Assembly (NCBI GenBank): GCA_034226945.1
Contig: CP120456.1
Span: 868,001 to 932,000, forward strand
Source of the DNA: Picochlorum sp. SENEW3
Taxonomy: Eukaryota
DNA length: 64,000 bases
Reading direction: 5' to 3'
The notes beneath the pieces were generated by a model that ran no database searches, was not told the DNA's origin, and was given only the letters and a program-made list of their open reading frames with translations. Shown here piece after piece: positions 55,683 to 64,000 of the stretch (positions within the stretch are counted from its first letter, which is position 1; each line of letters opens with the position of its first letter). A program made the position numbers and the translations under genes.

Positions 55683-56267
55683 ATGGGAAGAATTGCAAAG
55701 GGTATTCCACAGGTGGACAAGTATAAGAAGAAGAAGAAAAAGGGCAAGAAGAATGTGCGTGGAAATCAAGTGGACGCGTTTGGAGAATCTATACCTGCCT
55801 CAAATGGTACGACAGCTTCTTCTTCCGGAAAGGGCAAGGCATCGCCAAATAGTGGGCGGAGAAAGTCACAGAGGAGTGCTGCCGGGTTTCTCATAGCTGC
55901 AGCAGCATGTGTGACATCGTTGACGTGGGCGGTAGTCACCAATATCACGCAGAATAAGCGGAGCAAACAAATACTTCAGTCGATGCGGAAAAAGCCGTTG
56001 GTTTTTACGGAGCATGCATCGTGTAGAATGGAATGTCGATTCATATCAAAAAAGGATGTCCTCACAAGTCTATTCCGGGGTAGAGTCAACATGCGAAAGA
56101 GTGTCCCCAATGAGAAACCATGTCCGAAATATGTAGTAGATGCTGATATTAAAACACCGCAAGGGCGGGAGAAGAGGATCCAAAATGTCTTTTCTGCATG
56201 TCCCACAGAGACTAGGTTGGTGACTGCGATTGATACCTCAACCAATTGGCCATGTGGACCATGTTAG
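55683..56267 (+). CDS. DUF4258-domain protein with basic N-terminus and one TM helix
   Basis: LVFTEHASCRMECRFIS...GRVN..KS....KPCPKY...FSAC..ETRLVTAID....WPC. Confidence 0.72.
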   Translation: MGRIAKGIPQVDKYKKKKKKGKKNVRGNQVDAFGESIPASNGTTASSSGKGKASPNSGRRKSQRSAAGFLIAAAACVTSLTWAVVTNITQNKRSKQILQSMRKKPLVFTEHASCRMECRFISKKDVLTSLFRGRVNMRKSVPNEKPCPKYVVDADIKTPQGREKRIQNVFSACPTETRLVTAIDTSTNWPCGPC

Positions 56268-56305
56268 TGGTAGGCTTGTATTACAGAATGTACATCTATA
56301 TAGAT

Positions 56306-57851
56306 TTATAGATTCCGTATAACAGGACCTGTTGATGACGCATGCAACATTCGTTGATATAGCATGACGGTGTCATCATCCAGAGGCTCTAAAAATTCAC
56401 TCTTCTGCAATACATCCACAGATGGAAGTTCTCTCGTACCTATTGGTTCTACATCCACGCGCTTGCTGTCGATAATTGGATTACATCGGATCTTCGAGTG
56501 TTTGTATTCTCCATTGGGTAATAACAGGGGTGACACACCCCTTTGTAGCCCAGACGAGGCAGTGGCCCTTCGAGGCTGGACACACAGCTCCAACCATGCT
56601 GGCAACAGTGGCGAGGGCTCTCCATCAGCGGCCCTACATCATCGTTCATACTATGTTATATCACACCAGATATATACTAACAATAATGGCAACATACCCT
56701 CCAGCAGCATGGCGTGGCACACACCACAAATCTGCCCACAATGCTGTCCCAGATGCAGGCACCACAACAGCAGAGTTTGACGATTTCTGTGCAAGCGGAA
56801 TCAAATCGTCAGAACTTCCGACAATAACGTCGACATCCCCCGCAGAATACGCTCGTATATGATCTTTATCACTAATAACCTTTGCCTGCGCAATCAAGCG
56901 ACGCACTCTCATGCCAAGGTTTTCCTGCGATACACCACATGCCTGCAGTGCTTCCACATCTGCATTGTACGACAAACCAAGGGTCTTCAGCGCTATCCCT
57001 ATGAGTTCCCTCGGAGAATCCATAAACGCTATTCTATTCTTAAGCTTTGGATTCAGCAAATCATCCCAATCAGATATATGACCGTTGCTCCATCGCGCCA
57101 TTCTGTCCTTGCGAAACACCACCACAGTACACCCCCATCTATATGGCACAGCATACACTCGACCCGACGCACTCACTCTTCCATTCACATCTCTCCTCAC
57201 AAGGCACTTCCATCTACTATTCAATGCATCCCAATACCGGTATTGCTCAGGATCCTCAATAGGCTGAATTCTGCCTTCCATCACAGCCCGTTCCAACCAT
57301 GCATCCCCAACAGTCACAGCATCAACCGTCGTCGGCGCACGCCCACTCATGTCCTTCCATATATCACTCAGAGTAGGCTTGTACGATATGGCTGGTATAC
57401 CGTACCCTTCCAGCGCCGTTTTGAAATCGGCAGTCCACTGCTGTGGAACAGACCCTCTCAAAGCAAGAACACGAAGAACCATCTTCACCTCTCTCATTCG
57501 CAATTCATCATCTCCAGCATAACTCGCACATGGAATACATCCATCTACCACACCACTTGCAACAATGACACACGTAGCTAACAAAACACGACGCCGCTCC
57601 ACCAAATCACTCTCAGACAACCCACATGTCCTCTCATCATCATTCATCCCTTGCACTCTATGATTGATTGCACCATTCTTCTCAGAATTCTTCATGGAAC
57701 GATGCCACCCACCACCTTTGATTAGAAAGACCCGTGATGGCGATACGCTATGGAACACATTGGATCCAGAACCCGCTTTTGCAACTCGTTTCACTGCAAG
57801 CCCTCTCGCTGTGGGTCCTGCCAGACAACCAGCCATTCCTGGACCCTTCAT
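56306..57851 (-). CDS. PotD-like spermidine/putrescine-binding protein (ENF2-like, plastid; intron 56634-56697)
   Basis: YAVPYRWG, DWDDLLNPKLKNRIAFMDSPRE and PASGTALWADLWCVP. The start is approximate. Confidence 0.82.
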
Positions 57852-57935
57852 ACAACTACAATACATCAACTATATATCCCTCTTTATAACTATATAAATA
57901 AGTGGCACTGTCGTATCAATCGTGAATCCGCCGCT

Positions 57936-57965
57936 AGAAGAAGAAGAAGAAGAAGAAGAAGAAGA
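57936..57965. repeat. (AGA)10 microsatellite
   Basis: Read directly from the sequence, upstream of the PotD-like gene. Confidence 0.9.
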
Positions 57966-58412
57966 GAAAAAAAAGGCACTTGGTCTCGTTGGCGAGTCGA
58001 CCAGGCTTCATACGACTCTGCAATTACAGACTGACTTGTATATACGACAGTTGCTACATATATGAATTACATTGAATAATAATTGATGATATATCATAAA
58101 GACTGTCGTCATGCAACGAGATACCAAGAGATCGATTCATGGCGAGTCATGTACATGGATTTCTTGTACCTCTCACCACGCATGCGTATATTGTGATCGC
58201 ACATGGACATCATCATTAGATGTATCCAACGCAAGTATGTATTACATCCACGGTGTCAAATAACAATCATCATTCGTCATCTCCATCAACAACAGCAGCA
58301 ACTCTACTGCCATATCAATCAATGAAATATTCATGCGATGACAATCTGTCAGGTCAGTCAACAATGCAGGCAATGAGACCCAATCAAGGGTGACTACGAC
58401 GCAGCAATATCC

Positions 58413-58916
58413 TTACTGTCCGAATGCTCTCTTAACAGCATCAATCACATTCGAAGCAACAGACACAACCATGTCAATCACATTCTTCTTCCTCTGAGCG
58501 CCTCCTGCCTGTTTCCCTGATGCCTTTCTGCGAGGCGTTGCCTTTTTCTTTGTGGCAACAGTCTTCTTCACCGCAGACGGCGTCTTCTTTTTTGCCACAG
58601 CTTTCTTTGGCCTTTTCGTCGACGCAGCGGCAGCAGGTTTTTTCTTCCTTGTTGCAGCAGCAGCACCAGCACCAGCTGCTGGTGCCTTTTTCGCTGCCGC
58701 CTTCTTCTTGGTGGCAGATGCTGGTGTCTTTGCCACTTGATTCACAGCCTTCGTCTTCTTTTTCGCAGACGACACAGGAACAACCTTCTTCTTGGCTGCT
58801 GCTGCAGAGGCAGGTGCCTTCTTTGGTGTCTGCTTGGATGCCTTGGCAATCTTCTTCGCAGACGTGACCTTTTTCGGAGCAGAGGCCCCTCGTCCACCCT
58901 TCTTCGGTGCTGCCAT
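58413..58916 (-). CDS. Lys/Ala-rich histone H1-tail-like protein without globular domain
   Basis: 167 aa of KKAPA/TPKK-type repeats followed by a C-terminal amphipathic helix. Confidence 0.65.
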   Translation of the reverse strand: MAAPKKGGRGASAPKKVTSAKKIAKASKQTPKKAPASAAAAKKKVVPVSSAKKKTKAVNQVAKTPASATKKKAAAKKAPAAGAGAAAATRKKKPAAAASTKRPKKAVAKKKTPSAVKKTVATKKKATPRRKASGKQAGGAQRKKNVIDMVVSVASNVIDAVKRAFGQ

Positions 58917-59189
58917 TCTGATACGTCAAACGTCTTATTCAGATACTGCAATAATAATAAAAATATGTCCGTAGAAAAGAATGAGTCAGAGGTATCGGTG
59001 CTTGTTTCTCTTGTCAAGGAAATTCGCAACGACCTGATGGACAGAGATCTCCCTCAAACCCGCAATCATTTCCTTATTATAGACCACAAAGATATCATAC
59101 CTGTCTGTAGAAAATTATTAAAACATAATATCCTTCTGCATAACAAACATCTGCTGCGTTCTTGTACACATGTGGCAAGAAGTGCGAGA

Positions 59190-59927
59190 CTACGAGATTG
59201 GTGCCGGAGGATTGGCCATGGCTTCATCCAACAGCCCAAGTGGCAGATGCCCTATTTGCAACGTTCCTAGTTGAACCAATACACCTCTATCATTCCCAGA
59301 ATATGAAGATATGGTACATTGCACAATGCGCTCTCCTTGATCATTCTTGTTCTTCTTCTTGTTGTCCTGGTTTTGTTCTTGTTCTTGTTCTCCATCCACC
59401 AGATGAGAAGGAGGAGGACTTGTCCCTCTGGCTCTTGTTGTCATGCTGCTCTTGTATCGAATATAAACAGATCCTTGTATCTGTGGTAGCGGGATGGTAC
59501 TGTCTGGCGGGACAAACTCCACAGACAAGGCTGCTGTGTAGTCCCTCAGAGACCTCATAGCCAGGCGAACATCTGATGCGAGGATACCCAACAAGACTGG
59601 GGAGGATGCAGGGTTCCATTGTATCTCATCATGACGAGACTGAATGGCCTCGAAAAATGCGTTGCGTATCACCTCTCTGGACGTTTTTGATTGAAGATAT
59701 GTTGTTGATGCTGTTCCTTTGAACTCTGCCTTTGTAAACTCCTGCAGGATGGTCCAACAATCCAATCCCTCGTTGGCACTATTCTGGGCCATACGTTCCA
59801 CTCCATCATCACGAGAGCATTGTACACGTCCAAAGCGTCTTCTTCTCTCTAGCCTCCGTGTGGCATGCGTGGATGGCAAAGATAAAACCTGGCACCTCTC
59901 AGTCACTACTGACTGGCAGACCCGCAT
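59190..59927 (-). CDS. DUF1824-family (cyanobacterial-type) plastid protein
   Basis: Transit peptide, LGILASD...LRDY..AL, IQGSVYIRY and YSGNDRGVLV...GHLPLGL. Confidence 0.72.
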   Translation of the reverse strand: MRVCQSVVTERCQVLSLPSTHATRRLERRRRFGRVQCSRDDGVERMAQNSANEGLDCWTILQEFTKAEFKGTASTTYLQSKTSREVIRNAFFEAIQSRHDEIQWNPASSPVLLGILASDVRLAMRSLRDYTAALSVEFVPPDSTIPLPQIQGSVYIRYKSSMTTRARGTSPPPSHLVDGEQEQEQNQDNKKKNKNDQGERIVQCTISSYSGNDRGVLVQLGTLQIGHLPLGLLDEAMANPPAPIS

Positions 59928-60340
59928 TGTGTTGGACTCTAGTCTATCTCTATCGATCTCTATCGATCTCTATGCTACTAATAATAATCTGATATCCAGT
60001 ATAGAAATATTACATACCAGTATTATTCATTGCATAGCAGAGGTCCATCCATTGGGAGATGTCTCAGATTTGAGTGTTCAAAATGTTGCTATTGAAGAAA
60101 AGGCACCCATGGTTGTTGTGATCTGATGATGGATTTATTATTATTATTAGTTACATGTATGTTGAAGAGTTGTTTTATTCAGAGAATGTATAGAGGATGG
60201 CTGTTGCCAATAGGCGAATGAATTGGCAATGTAACGAATGCATGTTGGCCATTTTCCAAAAATGATGTACTGCCATGAATTATATTTTTAAATTACTGAT
60301 TAGAAGTTAATAATACGGAGAGGAAAAGTAAAAAGAAAAG

Positions 60341-61608
60341 ATGGGTCGAGAGGAAAAGACAGCTCTCGAGTCTGCTCTTGCGTTGCATGGTACGTCACAG
60401 ATGCAAGTGGTGATTCAAAATTCCTCGCAGAACGTTTGGTTTACTTGCATGGGTGATGGTGCCTTCTATTTGAAATATACATGTGATCATGTGTAGGTGA
60501 GGCATTCATGTCCATGTTTGATGATCATGTCATATCAGAGGGGAGAAGAGGAGCAGAACTAGAACAAGAAGCACAAGAAGAAGAAGAATGGGATGGGCAT
60601 CCCATTCATGATGATGACACTACTAATGCAGTAGCAGAAGAAATCAATGATAATGATGTTGATTATATTTTCAAAGGTATTCGGGACAATCATGGAGAAG
60701 TTCTCAACCTTGCTACTAAAAGAAGCAAGCCGACAAAGCTGAAGAAGAAGACAAACAGTACCAGCATGGATGGCGATGACGATGTCGAGGACGAGGTGGT
60801 CAGGCGGCGGATAGAAAAGAAACGATTCATGTCGTCGAAAGCTGACGTCATTTTAGGGGGTGATGTGTCTGTCCGTCACAGTGCTAGCACGGCAAAGAAG
60901 AAGAAGAGCAAGAAGGAGCCTTCTTCTTCAAACAGGGGCAAGGATTTGATGATGGAGGACAAGGAGGAGTTTAAGAAACTTAGCAGAGAAATTCAACATT
61001 TTGGTACGTGCGCTTATGACTTCTACTATTATGTATCGTAGAAAGGGATTATATGTACACGTGGAGCAAGGCATGACTTGGGACAGGGATGTTGTTTGTG
61101 CCTTGCCAATCATATCTGCAGAGTTCTTTTGCAGACTTCCCGCCACGTCTTGCTCCATAGATCGACACCTTGACGGCTCATAGTACAGCACGAGTGCCAT
61201 TACATGGTGATGATGATACCACGCTCGAGCTGCCTCCAATGCCTCATACACTACCAATACCTTGATCATGCTGACCTGTAACCTGATCTGCATGCAGGTG
61301 CCTCTGGACTGGATAAAAAGTCTCGAGCGAAATTCGAGGAAAACGCATTGATACAGTTGGGAGCCAAGAAGAAAAAGGGTGCTCGAATCCCAGCATCGAT
61401 AGGAATAGGCATGGCCAAAAAGGCAGCACAGCGGGAGAAGAGGGCCTTGGAGCAGGCCATTGCTGCCGGCATGGTGTCTCGGAAAGCAGCGAGTAAAAAG
61501 AGAGAGCAAGGCAAGGGTGGCATTGATAGAGGGTTGAATGAAGATATGGGTGCATTCAAAGGAGGTGTATTGCGCATCAACAAAGGTTCCAAGAGAAGAA
61601 AGGCATGA
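60341..61608 (+). CDS. Faf1/DUF4602-like SSU processome factor (exons 60341-60389, 60497-61003, 61298-61608)
   Basis: Spliced product EIQHFG|ASGLDKKSRAKFE...LGAK...RIPASIGIGM...GAFKGGVLRI. Confidence 0.75.
61062..61253 (+). ncRNA. Candidate intronic box H/ACA snoRNA (3' hairpin fits LSU rRNA helix 69)
   Basis: Two hairpins lie in the 294-nt intron. The 3' hairpin has a bipartite pocket TCATAGT/CTCC, with ACA 14 nt after the start of the 3' guide. No canonical ANANNA H box was found. Confidence 0.5.
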
Positions 61609-61860
61609 TAACAAATTTGTTTTTGTCCTTTAAAGGACGCGGTGATGCTCTCATCTCGAGATGGCCAGAGAGGAGATATTTTTCCGTGATGCCATCACGC
61701 AGTGCGTGACGATATGTGGACAGGTAGACCGCGTTTGTCAAACTATCTATTTCTGATTCAAAATTCTCATATTTTATGAATTATATTCGGTAGTTCCTTG
61801 AATAATCTGGCACGACGACGCCATTGCAGAGATAATAAGAACACCCGACAGAGCAAAGAC

Positions 61861-62342
61861 ATGCCAACGAAAACGTGTTCTGAAGAGTACGTTCAGTCTA
61901 GGTCACTAGGGTGCCTTGAATGATTAATATATCCATACTAGTTTGATTTAAAATCAGATGAATGGTATCTATCGACGAATGTAGCCAACTACTCGGTATC
62001 CATGTGTCGTGCAGGGAAAAAAGTGATCCGTCACATGTGCAGTCACCTTCGAGCCCAGCTGTCGTGGAACGGTTGCGTGTAGTCATGTGTGATGATATTA
62101 GTGAGAGTCCTTTTGTGTCGGATTGTAGAATGGGTGCAATGTCGCGGCATGTGCGTGCATGCAGTCATGATTTTGAAGAGGGTGTGTATGGTGAAGTGAC
62201 CTTGTCGCCTTGGATGTCGGCATCTCCTCGGCCAGTGGACACGGCAGACTCTAGTGCGGCTAAAATAAATCATAGTACTGGGACAAGGCCATCGAGGGAG
62301 TCTCTGAGCTTTTACGACATGAATCCAATGGTTGGGTTTTAA
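61861..62342 (+). CDS. Hypothetical small protein (2 exons; intron 61887-62014)
   Basis: An ATG exon splices in frame (GA|GTACGT ... TGCAG|G) into the 61962 ORF. No family recognised. Confidence 0.5.
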
Positions 62343-62511
62343 GGCATCCTCTTTTTTTTACTGTACACACATACAAGCGCTTTGTGTCCTTAGATAGATA
62401 AGCAAGAAGAAGAAAGAAAAGTGAAAAAAGAATAGATAAAAAACAATACCGCACAGCAACAAGCTATGAATAGATAACGCCAAGAAGAATAATAATTATG
62501 TATTTGCTTTT

Positions 62512-63513
62512 CTAACGCTGAAGAAGAATCATTCTACTTCTGTACATGCCTACAGTCACAGCAGCAACCCCTGCCACCATCCCAGTATAGAACAAGACCC
62601 GTCGATACGACCGTTTTGATCTCGAAGGCAGCGTACACAGCTCTCGTATCCTATCAATATCGATATCCGTGTCCCATGACGCCCGTATACCAGGAAGGTG
62701 TCCTGCCCCAAGCACAGCAACAATACGAGTGTACCCACGGTGTTCCAAATCCTTCAGCATAAAAGCCATGTATTCATCTCTCTCGTTCAGCAAAGGTCTC
62801 ATGATACCTGGATAGGCTCGAGAGAGTTCTTTCACCGCCTCCGTGAAGACATCCGTCTCCCTCATTTCTTCAATTTTTGATTCCAAATTGTCCGTGTCAA
62901 TCGATAGCCCCGTCCACACGAGATGCAATGTGATTTTAATCTTCTCCACGAGACTCAGCGAATCCCATACTCGAGCCAATGTTATACTGAGCAAGCGATC
63001 CCCGAGAATAAGATCCACATGCGTTGTCATCTGCTGTGTCTCATGAGCAGCCACCCGGAATTCAGAACCAGGCTCCACCTCCAAATCATCAGCAACCTTC
63101 CCCAACAACCACCCATATAACCCCTGAAATATCGTCATCTTTCCTCGCCGAACTTGCGAGACGACATTACCCAGGGGAGCCGCCCCATTCGTTGCCGTAC
63201 TGTTCTCCAGTAGAGATGTGGGTGGCCTGCTATTCAAAAGGTGGGCTCTCTCTGGACAGAGCTCCAGAAAGCATGCATCAGGCTGCACCCGCCGTATCAC
63301 CCTAGATACATCCAAACAAGATTGTTTACTTACATGAGCAGTACCGACGATGTAAAATATCGCCCTCCCTCGAGTGAGAATATCAATGCCTGCTTCTTGG
63401 TCGATAATGTCGGCAGAAACCCAACTCTCCTGGGCAGTTATAGGATCATCCATGGCACTAGCATAGTACTTTCCGAGAGTCGATATACTATTTATAGACC
63501 AAGATCGCGTCAT
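62512..63513 (-). CDS. TraB/PrgY-domain protein (TRABD-like) with C-terminal TM anchor
   Basis: YIVGTAHVS, LELCPER, PGSEFR, LGDR, LNERDEYM and VAVLGAGHLPGI. Confidence 0.88.
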   Translation of the reverse strand: MTRSWSINSISTLGKYYASAMDDPITAQESWVSADIIDQEAGIDILTRGRAIFYIVGTAHVSKQSCLDVSRVIRRVQPDACFLELCPERAHLLNSRPPTSLLENSTATNGAAPLGNVVSQVRRGKMTIFQGLYGWLLGKVADDLEVEPGSEFRVAAHETQQMTTHVDLILGDRLLSITLARVWDSLSLVEKIKITLHLVWTGLSIDTDNLESKIEEMRETDVFTEAVKELSRAYPGIMRPLLNERDEYMAFMLKDLEHRGYTRIVAVLGAGHLPGIRASWDTDIDIDRIRELCTLPSRSKRSYRRVLFYTGMVAGVAAVTVGMYRSRMILLQR

Positions 63514-63721
63514 CGAATTGGTACACAGAGCCAATGCTCTGGTATGAACTTCCTTCTCCTTGGTATAGTTGCCGTTCAAATCGACTATTTGACCGTATAT
63601 AGATATACATGGTCTCTGCAGGTTTTGAATTCATCTCAACGTGAGTCACGTCCCTTGAATGCGTACCATTTTTTCAATAATAACGTCAATTAATATAAAT
63701 AATTACATATAGAGTGATGCA

Positions 63722-64000
63722 ATGAGTGATTATTCTCCCTCTGCGGATGAGGACGAGGAATTTGAATACCTTGACGGTGTTTCTGAAGAAGAGGACATGG
63801 AAGTCGCTGGAGGCGAGGAAGGAGAAGAAGGAGAAGATGAGGATGAGGATGGATTTGATATACTGAATTTTCTAGATGACCAGGATGATATTCCTACGGC
63901 TATTGCTGCGTTGGGTGGAATGGCCAACGACAGTGTACTGGAGAATATGAGACGACGTGGATTGCAACACAATACCCGGGAGCAGGATGGTCCCAGGACA
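63722..64000 (+). CDS. 5' part of a gene with an acidic N-terminus (runs off the window)
   Basis: MSDYSPSADEDEEFEYLDGVSEEEDME... stays open to the end of the window. Confidence 0.6.
   Translation, partial: MSDYSPSADEDEEFEYLDGVSEEEDMEVAGGEEGEEGEDEDEDGFDILNFLDDQDDIPTAIAALGGMANDSVLENMRRRGLQHNTREQDGPRT

Noticed and set aside
58474..58929. Overlapping Cys/Glu-rich ORF in the H1-like gene
   Set aside because: It is an alternative-frame by-product of repetitive AAG/GCT codons.
62512..63513. TraB domain as evidence of a conjugative or mobile element
   Set aside because: This is the widespread eukaryotic TRABD-type protein. No transposase, terminal repeats or other mobile-element genes are nearby.
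1..64000. CRISPR arrays, tRNA/rRNA genes, transposons and telomeric repeats
   Set aside because: None were seen. The repeats are short microsatellites (GAA, TCA, TTA, TA) or low-complexity coding tracts.

Overview
Gene-dense nuclear DNA of a small-genome green alga. The Trebouxiophyceae/Picochlorum-like assignment is my inference from gene content, the short GT-AG introns (mostly 60-190 nt), tiny intergenic spaces and TGTAA poly(A)-type motifs. I can model about 41 protein genes. They include PUS1, an EEF2KMT-like methyltransferase, CYP97A, RAD51C, an RluA-type pseudouridine synthase, NDUFA13, RRP45, an SHAQKYF-type MYB, Acinus, a UBL-RPS27A fusion, a DET2-like reductase, RPF2, LACS, NELF-C/D, ERCC6L/CHR24, a bifunctional nuclease, NEMP, RPN7, RAD51D, kinesin-4, BRM, MBD4L, DUF4258, PotD/ENF2, DUF1824, a Faf1-like factor and a TraB-domain protein. 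No rRNA, tRNA, CRISPR array or transposon was recognised. The most striking item is one uninterrupted ORF (33744-37679, minus) that joins a Ca2+-activated RelA/SpoT (p)ppGpp synthetase with EF-hands to an FHA domain and a HAT/TPR array. Other highlights are an intronic H/ACA-like hairpin whose pocket fits LSU rRNA helix 69, a highly structured ~310-nt putative 5'-UTR intron, an RPS27A leader that is FUBI-like rather than true ubiquitin, a NELF-C/D homolog, and two proteins resembling bacterial families. Family assignments come from motif recognition by eye, with no database search, and exon boundaries are manual predictions.
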